Part shown: in pieces, positions 9,477-20,157 of the stretch
Layout: each line of letters begins with the position of its first letter
Position numbering within the stretch: the stretch's first letter is position 1
Origin: an uncultured Gemmatimonadales bacterium
GTDB taxonomy: Bacteria > Gemmatimonadota > Gemmatimonadetes > Longimicrobiales > RSA9
Assembly: GCA_963708135.1 (NCBI GenBank)
Contig: OY970192.1
Coordinates: forward strand, 896,001-960,000
Length of the DNA: 64,000 nt
Direction of reading: 5' to 3'
Position numbers and translations under genes: made by a program
The notes under the pieces: generated by a model
What the model was told of the DNA's origin: nothing
Databases searched by the model: none
Seen by the model: the letters and a program-made list of their open reading frames with translations, nothing else

Positions 9477-12119
9477 GTGCCAACGAGGCTCGCCCGCGCC
9501 GCGGCTCTTGCCGCCGCGCTCGCGCTCGCCGCGAGGGCGGGCCCTCTTTCCGCGCAGACGCCTGGATCCGGCCTGGCCGCCGGCTCCGCGCCGGCCGCCC
9601 CGCCGCCCGCCCCGGCTCACGCGCCGCGCGCGGCCCCCGGGGCGAGGCATCCGCCCGCCGCCCGGGCTGCCGCCAGGGCCCTCTGGCTCTTCCTCGACCC
9701 CTATGCCGTCAGCAATCGGCTGCCGCCCCTGGCCAGCCGCGCCGTCCTGGCGGAGCGGCGCCACCTCGGCATCCCCGTCCGCCCCGGCGATCGGCCGATC
9801 CCGGAGCGCTTCCTGGCCGCCATCCGCGCGCGCGACGCGACGCTCCGGACCGTCAGCTCCTGGCTGCGCGCCGTGAGTGTGGACGCGGATCCGGACGCCG
9901 AGCGCCGGCTGCGCGCGTTGCCCTGGGTCCTCCGGGTCGAGCCCGTGGCCGCGCTGGTTCCCGCTGGTGCCGACCCGCGGAGCGTGCTCGCGGCTCTCGC
10001 CCCGCGCCGGCCGACTGTGGGAAGGGATGGGTCGGTCGCTCCGCTGCCCGTTGCCGGCCGAGCACCCGCACACGTGCCCGCGGCCCGCAGCCCGTCCCTG
10101 TCCGAGCTGGCCGCCGCCCCCGCCTGCAACCCCGCGCCGCCCAGCCCGCGCTCGCTCCCCGATTCGGCCTACGGCCCCGGGCTGGCCGCGCTGCGCGACC
10201 TGGGCGTTCCGGCGGCCCACGTCTACGGCTTCACGGGCAAGGGCGTCTGCGTCGGCATGCTCGACACCGGCTACGACCCCGCGCACCAGGCGGTGCGCAC
10301 CCGGACGGTCGTGGCCGAGCGCGACTTCATCCAGCACGACACGGTGGTCGCCAACCAGCCGGGCGACGATGTCGAGCAGGATGACCATGGCACGGCGACC
10401 TGGGCGCTTCTCGGCGGCTACGACCCCGGCCACCTCATCGGCCCCGCCTTCGATGCCGTGTTCGCGCTGGCCAAGACGGAGGACGTGGCGCCCGACACGA
10501 TCGACGGGCACCCGGACGAGGACCGCTGGGTGCAGGGGCTGCAGTGGCTCGCGGACAGCGTCGGCGTGCGCGTGGTGAGCTCGTCACTCGCCTACCGCAT
10601 CTTCCCCGGCCAGGTCTTCTATCCGATCAGCGAGCTGGACGGCAAGACGACGCCCACGTCCATCGCCGCGGAGGCGGCGGGGCAGCGCGGCGTCGTCGTC
10701 GTGCAGGCCATGGGCAACGTGGACAAGTGCGGCGAGACCACATCCTGCGACCGCGGCGTGACCGATGACCGGCTGTGGGCGCCGGCGGATGCGGAGCACA
10801 TCCTGTCCGTTGGCGCGGCGGACGTGAACGGCACCGTCGCCTCCTTCTCACTGCGCGGGCCTACGGGCGATGGCCGGGTGAAGCCGGACCTCGCCGCACC
10901 CGGCGTGGGCGTCAACGTCCCGGTGGCGGGCACGTCCGGTGGATATACGACCGGGAGCGGCACCAGCTACGCCACGCCGCGCGTGGCGGCCGCCGCCGCG
11001 CTCTTCATCCAGGCCTGGCCCGACCTGAGCGGCTCGGCCGTCCGGCAGGCGCTCCGGCTGTCGGCGCCGCGCACGGTGCCGAACAACGACGTCGGCTACG
11101 GGATCCCGGACGTCTCCTCCGCGATCCTGTTCCCGCAGGGTCTCCAGGCGGACGGCGTCTCCTCCGCCGATCTCCAGGGGCGGCTCACCACGCTCGCGCC
11201 CACGTTCACCTGGAAGGCGCCGCTCGTGAGCCCCTATATCCACCCCGTGCACTACACGCTCGAGCTCGCCACGGACAGCACCTTCACGACTGTCCTCTAC
11301 AGCGACACCGCCTCGGATGCCTCCTCGCTGACCGTGAAGCAGCCGCTGCGGCCGGTGGCCGGGATCCGCTGGCGCGTCCGCGCCGAGGCGTTCCCCGGAA
11401 TCATGCGTACCACGGCCACGGCCGGCCCGCTCACCATGCCGGAGTGGGTCACGCTCCTCACGCTGAACGACACCCGCGGAAGCTTCACTACCAGCCCCCG
11501 CCCGGAGCTCTCCTGGCAGCCTCTCGCCGCCCCGCCGCCGGTCGGCCCGCTCAGCTACGACGTGCAGGTGCTGGATGCCGCCACCAAGCAGCCGGTCCAG
11601 CGCATGCAGAACGTCTCCGGGTCCAGGGTCACGCCGCCGCAGCCGCTCCAGTACAACGTGCCGTTCCTCTGGCGCGTGATCGCCCGGACACCGTCCGGCG
11701 TGGCCGACACGGTGACGAGCGTCGCGCCGTTCGTCGTCACCAGCAACAGCAAGCCGCCGGCGACCCTGCTCTACCAGAACTTCCCGAACCCGTTCCCGCG
11801 CGCCGACCTGGGGACGAGCACGACGAAGATCTGGTTCGACCTCGCCGAGCCCAGCGACGTCCGCCTCGCCGTCTACGATCTGCACGGCCGCCTCGTCAAG
11901 CAGCTCATCCCCAGCCAGCCGGGCTGCGGCACGGTCCATCTCGATGCCGGCCTCTTCGGACGCACCGGCGGCTCGATCAGCGACCCGTGCGCCAGCACCG
12001 AGTGGGACGGCACCGACGCCGACGGGCGCACCGTGCCGCGCGGCGTCTACCTGCTCCGCCTCCAGACCGACCAGGGCAGCTTCGTCCGCCGGATCCTGTT
12101 CCTCCCGCCCGATCAGTAG
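9477..12119 (+). CDS. Secreted S8 (subtilisin-like) serine peptidase with C-terminal FlgD-Ig/T9SS-CTD-like domain
   Basis: Triad motifs GMLDTG, DDHGT, SGTSYATP; VKPDLAAPG; signal peptide; tail LYQNFPNPF...VYDLHGRLVK...WDGTD...GVYLLRL. Start GTG 9477, alternatively ATG 9447. Confidence 0.9.
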   Translation: MPTRLARAAALAAALALAARAGPLSAQTPGSGLAAGSAPAAPPPAPAHAPRAAPGARHPPAARAAARALWLFLDPYAVSNRLPPLASRAVLAERRHLGIPVRPGDRPIPERFLAAIRARDATLRTVSSWLRAVSVDADPDAERRLRALPWVLRVEPVAALVPAGADPRSVLAALAPRRPTVGRDGSVAPLPVAGRAPAHVPAARSPSLSELAAAPACNPAPPSPRSLPDSAYGPGLAALRDLGVPAAHVYGFTGKGVCVGMLDTGYDPAHQAVRTRTVVAERDFIQHDTVVANQPGDDVEQDDHGTATWALLGGYDPGHLIGPAFDAVFALAKTEDVAPDTIDGHPDEDRWVQGLQWLADSVGVRVVSSSLAYRIFPGQVFYPISELDGKTTPTSIAAEAAGQRGVVVVQAMGNVDKCGETTSCDRGVTDDRLWAPADAEHILSVGAADVNGTVASFSLRGPTGDGRVKPDLAAPGVGVNVPVAGTSGGYTTGSGTSYATPRVAAAAALFIQAWPDLSGSAVRQALRLSAPRTVPNNDVGYGIPDVSSAILFPQGLQADGVSSADLQGRLTTLAPTFTWKAPLVSPYIHPVHYTLELATDSTFTTVLYSDTASDASSLTVKQPLRPVAGIRWRVRAEAFPGIMRTTATAGPLTMPEWVTLLTLNDTRGSFTTSPRPELSWQPLAAPPPVGPLSYDVQVLDAATKQPVQRMQNVSGSRVTPPQPLQYNVPFLWRVIARTPSGVADTVTSVAPFVVTSNSKPPATLLYQNFPNPFPRADLGTSTTKIWFDLAEPSDVRLAVYDLHGRLVKQLIPSQPGCGTVHLDAGLFGRTGGSISDPCASTEWDGTDADGRTVPRGVYLLRLQTDQGSFVRRILFLPPDQ

Positions 12120-12125
12120 GCGACG

Positions 12126-12899
12126 ATGCTTCTCACCGTGGTGGGCAGCGGCACCGCGGCCCCGGACGCCGAGCGCACCGGCGCGTGCTTCCTCGTCGAG
12201 ACGGGCGAGCTCCGCCTGCTGCTGGACTGTGGTCCCGGCGCCAGCCACCACATGGCCCGCTACGAGGTGCCCTGGCCGCGCATCACCCACATCGCGATCA
12301 GCCACTTCCACGCAGATCACCTCGCCGGGCTCCCCGCGCTGCTCTTCGCCCTGAAGTATGCCCTCGCGCCCGCGCGGACGGAGCCGCTCACCATCCTGGG
12401 GCCGCCCGGCACCCAGGCCCGCATGCGCGCGCTTTCGGAGGCCTTCGGCAGCTTCGTGCTGGATCCCGGTTTCCGGACGCAGGTGCGCGAGCTCGGCCCC
12501 GGCTCCGAGGTCGATCTCCCGGGACAGGCCCGGCTGCGCGTGGCGAAGACGGCGCACACGGACGCGTCGCTGGCCTACCGCCTGGATGCCCCCGGTTCCG
12601 CCCTCGGCTACACCGGCGACACGGGCCCCGACGACGCGCTCGGCCCGTTCTTCCAGGGCGTGGACGCGCTCCTGGCCGAGTGCTCGCTCCCCGACGGGGA
12701 CGCCGTTGACGCGCATCTCACCCCCGGCCGCGTGGCCCGCCTCGCGGCCGCCGCCAACCCGGGCCGCCTGCTCCTCACGCATGTTTACCCGCGGCTCGAT
12801 CGCGCCGCGATCCCCGGCCTGGTCCGGAGCGCCGGCTGGGAGGGGGAGGTGGTGGTGGTGAAGGACGGCGACCGGCTGGAGGTCGGGGCCGGGCACTGA
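12126..12899 (+). CDS. Metallo-beta-lactamase fold hydrolase, RNase Z/BN-like
   Basis: VVGSGTAAP, LLLDCGPG, SHFHADH, YTGDTG, AHLTP, LLLTH. Confidence 0.85.
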   Translation: MLLTVVGSGTAAPDAERTGACFLVETGELRLLLDCGPGASHHMARYEVPWPRITHIAISHFHADHLAGLPALLFALKYALAPARTEPLTILGPPGTQARMRALSEAFGSFVLDPGFRTQVRELGPGSEVDLPGQARLRVAKTAHTDASLAYRLDAPGSALGYTGDTGPDDALGPFFQGVDALLAECSLPDGDAVDAHLTPGRVARLAAAANPGRLLLTHVYPRLDRAAIPGLVRSAGWEGEVVVVKDGDRLEVGAGH

Positions 12900-12928
12900 A
12901 TCGGGCCCCCCGGCGCCTGCCGCCGGCC

Positions 12929-13864
12929 CTACGCCTGCGCGGCGAAATGCTCCACGGTCTTCCTGAAGCCCTCCTCGACATCCACCTCCGGTCGGTAGCC
13001 GAGCACGGCCTCGGCGCGCTCGAGCGAGGCGAGCGAGTCCCGCACGTCGCCGGGACGCGCCTCCACGTGCACGGACTCCACGCTCGCGCCGCCCAGGGTC
13101 CGGATCCGCTCCCACAGCTCGTTCACGCTGGTGCGCTGGCCGGCGCCGATGTTGAACACCTGTCCGCTGGCCTCCGGCGGCGCCTCGCACGCGAGCAGGT
13201 TGGCGCGCACGACGTTGGAGACGTAGGTGAAATCACGCGTCTGCTCTCCGTCGCCGTAGATCACGGGCGGCTGGCCGGTGAGCGCGGCCGTGGCGAAGCG
13301 CGGGACGACGGCCGCGTACTGCGAGTCGGGGTCCTGGCGCGGGCCGAAGACGTTGAAGTAGCGGAGCGCGACCGTCTCGAGCCCGTAGCTGGCCGCGAAC
13401 GCGCGGCAGTACTCCTCGCCGGCGAGCTTGGCCGCGGCGTATGGGGAGAGCGGCCGCGGCACCATCCCCTCGTGCTTCGGCAGCTCGGCCGTGTTGCCGT
13501 ACGCGGAGGAGGACGCGGCATAGACCACCCGGCGCACGCCGGCGCCCTGCGCCGCGACGAGGACGTTCAGCGTCCCCGTCGCATTCACACGGTGCGTGCC
13601 CACGGGATCCTCGACCGAGCGGGGCACCGACCCGAGCGCGGCTTCGTGCAGGACGTAATCGACGCCGTGCGCCGCGCGCGCGCACGCGGCCGGATCCTCG
13701 ATGCTCGCCTCCACGACTTCGATCGAGTCGAGGAACGGGGCGAGATTCTCGCGCTTGCCGGTCGAGAAATCGTCCAGCACGACGACCTCCCGGCCCGCGC
13801 CCACGAGGTGCTCCACGAGATGCGAGCCGATGAAGCCGGCGCCGCCGGTGACGAGAAAGCGCAT
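12929..13864 (-). CDS. NAD-dependent epimerase (extended SDR; WbpP/TviC-like UDP-sugar 4-epimerase)
   Basis: [47 protein letters not shown]; start ATG 13864. Confidence 0.9.
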   Translation of the reverse strand: MRFLVTGGAGFIGSHLVEHLVGAGREVVVLDDFSTGKRENLAPFLDSIEVVEASIEDPAACARAAHGVDYVLHEAALGSVPRSVEDPVGTHRVNATGTLNVLVAAQGAGVRRVVYAASSSAYGNTAELPKHEGMVPRPLSPYAAAKLAGEEYCRAFAASYGLETVALRYFNVFGPRQDPDSQYAAVVPRFATAALTGQPPVIYGDGEQTRDFTYVSNVVRANLLACEAPPEASGQVFNIGAGQRTSVNELWERIRTLGGASVESVHVEARPGDVRDSLASLERAEAVLGYRPEVDVEEGFRKTVEHFAAQA

Positions 13865-13943
13865 GAGTCTCCTGTCTCGGGTACGCCTGGCCGGGCGGCA
13901 AGTTAGGGGGCGGGCCGGGCCCCGGCCAGCGCACAAGTCCGGC

Positions 13944-14390
13944 TCACCGGGCGCGCAGGCTCCGGTGCTCGACCATCGTGCAGCGGTCCTGCACCACGTC
14001 GATGCCCCGGTCGGCGAGGGCCTCGGCGGCCGCGTCGTTCCGGATGCCGAGCTGGAACCAGACGGCCCCGGGTGCCTTCGCGGCAATGTCCTCGACGTGC
14101 GGCGGGATGTCGTGGGAGCGGCGGAAGACGACGACCAGGTCCACCGGCCCCGGGATCTCCGCCACGCTGCGGTAGACCCGCTCACCCAGGATCTCCCGCG
14201 CGTCCGGAAAGTAGACCGGCACCGGCACGATCTCGTAGCCGTGGTCCTGGAGGTACTTCGGGACGTAGAAGGCCGGCCGCCCCTGCTGCGCCTCCGTCTT
14301 GATCCCGAGCACCGCGATGCGGTGCGCGTCCCGCAGGATTTCGCGGGCCGTCGCCTGGTCCTCCACGATCCTTCCGCCGTCCTCCGCCAT
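13944..14390 (-). CDS. CoA-binding protein (YccU-like)
   Basis: RIAVLGIK...[46 protein letters not shown]. Confidence 0.88.
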   Translation of the reverse strand: MAEDGGRIVEDQATAREILRDAHRIAVLGIKTEAQQGRPAFYVPKYLQDHGYEIVPVPVYFPDAREILGERVYRSVAEIPGPVDLVVVFRRSHDIPPHVEDIAAKAPGAVWFQLGIRNDAAAEALADRGIDVVQDRCTMVEHRSLRAR

Positions 14391-14463
14391 CGCTCGCCTC
14401 CCATCCGGTTCGCCGCGACCCGCCCCCGGCCGTGCAACTCCCGTTCTCGCCCGCCGCCCGATC

Positions 14464-14492
14464 TGGACGCCCCCCTGGCGGGGGCTTACATT
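14464..14492 (+). promoter_or_regulatory. Putative sigma70-type promoter of aroF
   Basis: TGGACG-N17-TACATT, about 50 nt upstream of ATG 14541. Confidence 0.5.
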
Positions 14493-14540
14493 CCGGAACA
14501 CTGCTGGGCCAGGCGCTTCCCGCGGATCTGGACGACTCAG

Positions 14541-15608
14541 ATGCTGGTGGTCATGAGCCACGGCGCCACGGACGAAGATGTCCGGCGCGTCGTCAACACG
14601 ATAGAGGGAATGGGCTACCGCGCCATGCCAATGCCCGGCGCGCAGCGCACCGCCGTGGGACTGGTCGGCAACGACGGCAAGGTCGATGGCGGCGTGCTGG
14701 AGGCGCTGCCCGGCGTGCTCGAGGTCATCCACGTCAGCCAGCCCTACAAGCAGGTCTCGCGCGAGTGGCGCCCGGAAACCACCCTCATCACGCTCGAGAA
14801 CGGCACGCGCATCGGCGGGTCCGAGATCGTGATGATGGCCGGCCCGTGCTCCGTCGAGTCGGAAGCCCAGATCGTCGGCATCGCCCGCCGCCTCCGCGAT
14901 GCGGGCGTGACCGTGCTGCGCGGCGGCGCCTTCAAGCCGCGCACCTCGCCCTACGCCTTCCAGGGGCTCGGTCTCGAGGGGCTTGAGCTGCTCGCCCGCG
15001 CGCGCGCCGAGACCGGTATGGCGATCGTGACCGAGGCGCTCGAGCCGGACACGGTCAACCTCGTGGCGGAGTACGCCGACATCGTCCAGATCGGTGCCCG
15101 CAACATGCAGAACTATCCGCTGCTGCGGCGCGCCGGCCGCGCGGGCAAGCCCGTGCTGCTCAAGCGCGGGTTCGCGGCCACCATCAAGGAGCTGCTCCTC
15201 TCCGCGGAGTACATCCTGGCCGAGGGCAACGGGGACGTCATCCTGTGCGAGCGCGGCATCCGCGGCTTCGATGACCACACCCGCAACGTGCTCGACCTCA
15301 CCGCGATCCCGTCCGTGCACCACCTCTCGCACCTGCCGATCATCGCCGACCCGTCCCACGGCACCGGGCTCCGCGCCAAGGTCACGCCGATGGCGCGGGC
15401 CGCCGTGGCCGCCGGCGCGGACGGCCTCATCATCGAGGTCCACCCGGACCCCGACCACGCGCTCTCGGACGGCGGGCAGTCGCTCTACCCCGAGCAGTTC
15501 GAGGAGCTGCTGCTCCAGGTCGATGGTATCGCCGCCGCGATCGGCCGCTCCCTCGTGCCCGGCCTCGGCGCGCGCCAGCCCCGCGTGCGGGCCATCTCCG
15601 GGGACTGA
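14541..15608 (+). CDS. aroF: 3-deoxy-7-phosphoheptulonate (DAHP) synthase, class I-beta with N-terminal regulatory domain
   Basis: [52 protein letters not shown]. Confidence 0.94.
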   Translation: MLVVMSHGATDEDVRRVVNTIEGMGYRAMPMPGAQRTAVGLVGNDGKVDGGVLEALPGVLEVIHVSQPYKQVSREWRPETTLITLENGTRIGGSEIVMMAGPCSVESEAQIVGIARRLRDAGVTVLRGGAFKPRTSPYAFQGLGLEGLELLARARAETGMAIVTEALEPDTVNLVAEYADIVQIGARNMQNYPLLRRAGRAGKPVLLKRGFAATIKELLLSAEYILAEGNGDVILCERGIRGFDDHTRNVLDLTAIPSVHHLSHLPIIADPSHGTGLRAKVTPMARAAVAAGADGLIIEVHPDPDHALSDGGQSLYPEQFEELLLQVDGIAAAIGRSLVPGLGARQPRVRAISGD

Positions 15609-15707
15609 CGGAGTCCCGCCGCGCCCGACAGCGAAGGCTCGCGACGCTTCCGTTCCTTCCACTGACCTTCTCCTGCCACAGATAGACGCTCCCACGGCGG
15701 AGCGCGC

Positions 15708-15723
15708 CGGCATGATCGTTGCC
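15708..15723 (+). promoter_or_regulatory. Possible sigma54 (-24/-12) promoter upstream of the polysaccharide cluster
   Basis: CGGCAT-GATCG-TTGCC has exact GG-N10-GC spacing but is an imperfect consensus match and also matches on the minus strand. Confidence 0.4.
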
Positions 15724-15979
15724 AATGCCGTTCCCGCCGTGCCGCGAGGGTAGAGCCGCACCAGCCGACACGACTTGGCCTCCGGCCTCGCACCCGCTGA
15801 TGCCGGCACGGCAGATCCATACGACAGCGCTCGCTCCACCCGGGTTTGGTCAGGCGCACCTGTAACTGACGGGGCCGGAGTGCGCGCGCGTCCCTCCCGC
15901 CGTTCCGCGGGACCCCCTCAAGGAAACCGCTCCGTGCCGCCCCAGGCGCGGGCATCCCACGCTCGGGCTCGTGGAGACC

Positions 15980-17938
15980 ATGAAGATGCGCAACCTTGCC
16001 GGAGCGCTCCAGCTCCGGATCCATCGAACGAACCGGCGGGTGATCGCCCTCACGACCTACGCGGCCATCCCCGCGGCCGCCTACGCCGCGGCGTTCCTGC
16101 TGCGGTTCGAGTTCCGCTGGCCGCGGGCCTACGTCGCCGTCTTCTTCGCCACGCTGCCCGTTCTGCTCGCGATCCGGCTCGGGTGCACGCGTCTCTTCCG
16201 TCTGAGCATGGGGCGGTGGCGCTTCATAGGCACCTCGGACGTGCTGCGGCTCGGTGGCTCGGTCGCGGCGGGCAGCGTCGCGTTCTTCGCCACCGTGGCG
16301 CTGCTGCCGCTGGCTCCGCCGGTGCCGCGCTCGGTGATCCTGATCGAAACGCTGCTGACGTCGTACCTGATCGCGGCGGCCTGGATCGCGTACCGCACGG
16401 GATTCGAGCGGCTGCGGCACCTGCGGGCGAGCTCGGGCGGAGAACCGCGTCGTGTGCTCCTGATCGGCGCCGGCGAGGCGGGCTGCATGCTCGCGCGGGA
16501 GATGCAGCGCTTCCCGACGGGCTATCGGCCGATCGGCTTCGTGGACGACGATCCCGTGAAGCAGGGCGCCACGCTGTACGGCGTGCCGGTGCTCGGCTCG
16601 ACAGCGGAGCTGAGTAGAACCGCGGACGTGTACCGGGCGCAGGAGCTGATCATCGCGATGCCGTCCGCACAGCCCGCGGAGCTGCGCCGGGTCGTGGACC
16701 TGTGCGAGCCGGTCCCGCTGCCGTTCCGGGTGCTGCCCGGGATCGCGGAGGTGCTGGCGGGTGATGTACGTCTGGGGCAGGTGCGGGAGGTCCGGCTCGA
16801 GGACCTGCTGGGCCGGGAGCCGATCGAGCTGGAGCTGCCGGAGCTCACCGACGACCTGCGGGGCCGGACCGTCCTGATCACGGGGGCCGCGGGCTCGATT
16901 GGCTCGGAGCTCGCCCGCCAGGTCGCGCTCCATGGTCCGGCCGCGCTCGTCCTGCTCGACCAGGCGGAGACGGACCTCTTCTACCTCGAGCTGGAGCTGC
17001 GTGAGCGGCACCCGGAGGTACGGCTCTTGCCGGTCGTCGGCGACATCCTCCACGTCTCCACGGTCCAGCGCGTCTTCCGCCACCACCAGCCGGACCGCGT
17101 CTTCCACGCGGCCGCCTACAAGCACGTCCCGCTCATGGAGAGCAACGCCGTGGAGGCGGTCCACAACAACGTCCTGGGTACCTGGATCCTGGCGGAGGCG
17201 GCGGGCCACGCCGGCTGCGGGAAGTTCATCCTGATCAGCACCGACAAGGCCGTGAACCCATCCAGCGTGATGGGAGCCACCAAGCGGCTTGCCGAGCTGG
17301 TCATCCTGGACCGTCAGAAGTGCTATCCGGAGACCGCCTTCGCCGCGGTCCGCTTCGGCAACGTGCTGGGCAGCAACGGGAGCGTCATTCCGGTGTTCCG
17401 CCGCCAGCTCGCGGCCGGCAAGCCGCTCACGCTGACGCACCCTGACGCGACGCGCTTCTTCATGACGATCCCGGAAGCCGTCCAGCTCATCCTGCAGGCG
17501 GCGGTGCTGCCGGAGGTGCGTGGCCGGATCGCCATGCTCGACATGGGCGAGCCGATCCGGATCCTGGACCTGGCCAGGAACCTGATCCGCTTCGCCGGCT
17601 ACCCTCGCGCCGCCCAGCCGCCGATCGTGGTGACCGGCCTGCGTCCTGGCGAGAAGCTGCACGAGGAGCTCGTGGCGCCCGACGAGGAGAGCGCGCCGAC
17701 TGCGATCCCCAAGCTGCGCATCGTGCGCACCCCGCCCAGCGAGGACTTGCAGGTCGAGCACGTGCTCGGCCTCTGGGAGGGCGTCCCCGCGGAGGGCCAC
17801 GAGGCACTCGTGCTCGAGCGCATGCGCGAGCTGTTTCCGGGCGTCGACTTCGGCAGCCCCGTCACGCGCGGCACCTCGCCGCCCCCGGTGCGCGGCCGCT
17901 CGCAGCCCGCAGCCGTCGGCCGGCTCCGCGCCCTCTGA
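15980..17938 (+). CDS. Membrane-bound UDP-GlcNAc 4,6-dehydratase (PglF/WbpM/CapD family)
   Basis: Four N-terminal TM helices, VLLIGAGEAG, ITGAAGSIGSEL, FHAAAYKHVP, STDKAV, RFGNVLGSNGSV, RPGEKLHEEL. Confidence 0.93.
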   Translation: MKMRNLAGALQLRIHRTNRRVIALTTYAAIPAAAYAAAFLLRFEFRWPRAYVAVFFATLPVLLAIRLGCTRLFRLSMGRWRFIGTSDVLRLGGSVAAGSVAFFATVALLPLAPPVPRSVILIETLLTSYLIAAAWIAYRTGFERLRHLRASSGGEPRRVLLIGAGEAGCMLAREMQRFPTGYRPIGFVDDDPVKQGATLYGVPVLGSTAELSRTADVYRAQELIIAMPSAQPAELRRVVDLCEPVPLPFRVLPGIAEVLAGDVRLGQVREVRLEDLLGREPIELELPELTDDLRGRTVLITGAAGSIGSELARQVALHGPAALVLLDQAETDLFYLELELRERHPEVRLLPVVGDILHVSTVQRVFRHHQPDRVFHAAAYKHVPLMESNAVEAVHNNVLGTWILAEAAGHAGCGKFILISTDKAVNPSSVMGATKRLAELVILDRQKCYPETAFAAVRFGNVLGSNGSVIPVFRRQLAAGKPLTLTHPDATRFFMTIPEAVQLILQAAVLPEVRGRIAMLDMGEPIRILDLARNLIRFAGYPRAAQPPIVVTGLRPGEKLHEELVAPDEESAPTAIPKLRIVRTPPSEDLQVEHVLGLWEGVPAEGHEALVLERMRELFPGVDFGSPVTRGTSPPPVRGRSQPAAVGRLRAL

Positions 17939-17992
17939 GCGCCCGCCGCACCGCGCGCGCTCCGGACTCCAACCCGATCCAGCCCCGAGGCC

Positions 17993-19117
17993 ATGGCCGT
18001 TCCTCTGCTCGACCTTTCACGACAGTACAGAGACATCCGCACCCAGGTGGACGAGCGCATGGGCGCCGTCATCGAGCGCCAGACGTTCATCCTCGGCGAT
18101 GCCGTCCGCGACTTCGAGCAGGCGCTGGCCGACTACCTGCACGTCCGGAACGCGATCGGCGTGGCCTCCGGCACGGACGCGCTGCTCCTCGCCCTGAGGG
18201 CGCTGGATCTCCGCCCCGGCGACGAGGTCCTCGTGCCCGCCTTTACCTTCTTCGCGACCGCCGGCGCCGTGCACAATGCGGGCGGCACGCCCGTCTTCGT
18301 GGATGTCGAGCCCGACACCTTCAACACCTCCGTCGAAGCCGCCGCCGCCGCGGTCACGAAGCGGACGCGGGCCATCGTCGCCGTGCATCTGTTCGGCCAG
18401 ATGGCCGACATGGTGGCGCTGCGCGCCCTGGCCGACCATGCCGGTGTCTTCCTGCTGGAGGATGCCGCGCAGGCGATCGGCGCCGCGCAGCGGATCGACG
18501 GCAGCTGGCGGAACCCGGGCGAGCTGGGGGACGCGGCCGCGTTCTCCTTCTTCCCCTCGAAGAACCTCGGCGGCTTCGGCGATGGCGGGATGCTCGCGAT
18601 CGGCGACGACGCGCTGGCGGAGCGGCTGCGCCGGCTGCGCGTGCACGGCGGGCTGAAGATGTACCACCACGAGGAGGTCGGCACGAACTCGCGGCTGGAC
18701 GCGCTCCAGGCGGCTGTGCTGCACGCCAAGCTGCCTCACCTGGACGACTGGTGCGCGCGCCGCGTGGCCAACGCGCGCTGGTACGACCGCCGCCTGCTCC
18801 CGCTCCAGGAGCGGGGGCTCCTCTCGCTGCCGGCCGTGCGCGCGGACATGCGCCCGGTCTACAACCAGTACACGCTGCGGGCGCGGCGCCGGGACGGGCT
18901 GCGCGAGGCGCTCCGGAGCCGCGGCATCGGCTGCGCGGTCTACTACCCCGTGCCGCTCCACCTCCAGCCCTGCTTCGCCCCGCTCGGTTATGCCGCCGGC
19001 TCGCTCCCCGTCAGCGAGGCACTGGCGGGCGAGGTGATCTCGATCCCCGTCTTCCCCGAGCTGACCGACGCGGAGCGCGACGAGGTCGCCTCCGCCATCG
19101 AGGAGTACTACCCATGA
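17993..19117 (+). CDS. DegT/DnrJ/EryC1/StrS PLP aminotransferase (WbpE-like)
   Basis: SGTDAL, FTFFATA, EDAAQAIGA, SFFPSKNLGGFGDGG, NSRLDALQAA. Confidence 0.92.
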   Translation: MAVPLLDLSRQYRDIRTQVDERMGAVIERQTFILGDAVRDFEQALADYLHVRNAIGVASGTDALLLALRALDLRPGDEVLVPAFTFFATAGAVHNAGGTPVFVDVEPDTFNTSVEAAAAAVTKRTRAIVAVHLFGQMADMVALRALADHAGVFLLEDAAQAIGAAQRIDGSWRNPGELGDAAAFSFFPSKNLGGFGDGGMLAIGDDALAERLRRLRVHGGLKMYHHEEVGTNSRLDALQAAVLHAKLPHLDDWCARRVANARWYDRRLLPLQERGLLSLPAVRADMRPVYNQYTLRARRRDGLREALRSRGIGCAVYYPVPLHLQPCFAPLGYAAGSLPVSEALAGEVISIPVFPELTDAERDEVASAIEEYYP

Positions 19118-20157
19118 GGCAGAAGAGCCCGGTCCGCACGGCCGTGGTCGGCTGTGGCTACTGGGGCAAGAACCTGGTCCGCACCTTCTCCGCGCTCTCG
19201 GAGCTGCGGGCGTGCGTGGACAGCGATCCGGCGGTCCGCGCGCGCATCGCGGCCCAGTATCCGACCGCGCGCGTCGCACCGCAGATCGAGGCCGTTCTGG
19301 CCGACCCCTCGATCGACGCCGTCGTGCTGGCTACGCCGGCACCGACACATGCCGATCTGGCGGTCGCGGCGCTCGCGGCGGGGAAGCACGTATTCGTCGA
19401 GAAGCCGCTGGCGCTGCGCGAGATCGACGCCGCGCGGGTCGTCAACGCGGCGGGCGCCGCCGGCCGCATCCTCATGGTGGGGCACCTGCTCGAGTACCAC
19501 CCGGCGGTCAACTACCTCCGCGACCTGATCCGGAGCGGCGACCTCGGGAAGGTCTATTACATGTACAGCCAGCGGGTGAACCTCGGGAAGGTGAGGGCGG
19601 AGGAGAACGCCCTCTGGAGCCTCGCCCCGCACGACATCTCCGTCGCCCTGTATCTCATGGAGGAGGAGCCCGAGGAAGTGCAGGCAACCGGCCAGGCCTT
19701 CCTCCAGGGGGGCGTCGAGGACGTGGCGTTCCTGACCCTCAAGTTCGGCTCCGGTCGCGTCGCCCAGATCCACGTCAGCTGGCTCGATCCCCACAAGGAG
19801 CGCAGGCTGACCATCGTCGGCTCTCGCAAGATGGCGACCTTCGACGACACCAGCGCGCAGGAGAAGATCCGCATCTACGACAAGGGCGTGGACCGCCGCA
19901 TGAACGAGGCGGCCGATTACGCCGGGCTCGCCGACCTGCTGGCCCTGCGGGAAGGCGACATCGTCATCCCGCGGATCCCGCCGCAGGAGCCGCTCGCGCT
20001 CGAGTGCGGCGAGTTCCTGCGCGCCGTCGAGAGCGGCATCCCGCCCCGCAGCGACGGTCACGACGGGCTGGCGGTGGTGCGCGTGCTGGAGGCAGCCGAG
20101 CGCGCTCTGCGCGCGAACCAGATCGTCTTCGACGAGGCGCGCGCGTGGGCGAGATGA
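19114..20157 (+). CDS. Gfo/Idh/MocA oxidoreductase (WbpB-like sugar 3-dehydrogenase)
   Basis: VVGCGYWGKN, HVFVEKPL, SLAPHDIS; ATGA overlap with the upstream gene. Confidence 0.88.
   Translation: MRQKSPVRTAVVGCGYWGKNLVRTFSALSELRACVDSDPAVRARIAAQYPTARVAPQIEAVLADPSIDAVVLATPAPTHADLAVAALAAGKHVFVEKPLALREIDAARVVNAAGAAGRILMVGHLLEYHPAVNYLRDLIRSGDLGKVYYMYSQRVNLGKVRAEENALWSLAPHDISVALYLMEEEPEEVQATGQAFLQGGVEDVAFLTLKFGSGRVAQIHVSWLDPHKERRLTIVGSRKMATFDDTSAQEKIRIYDKGVDRRMNEAADYAGLADLLALREGDIVIPRIPPQEPLALECGEFLRAVESGIPPRSDGHDGLAVVRVLEAAERALRANQIVFDEARAWAR

Noticed and set aside
15696..15706. ops/JUMPstart-like GGCGGAGCGCG before the glycan cluster
   Set aside because: Lacks the T of GGCGGTAG, is likely by chance at this GC content, and no rfaH-like gene is in the window
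15770..15820. c-di-GMP-I riboswitch-like GCCTCCGGCCT
   Set aside because: The conserved GGCAAA/GAAA/GCAAA elements and P1 pairing are absent
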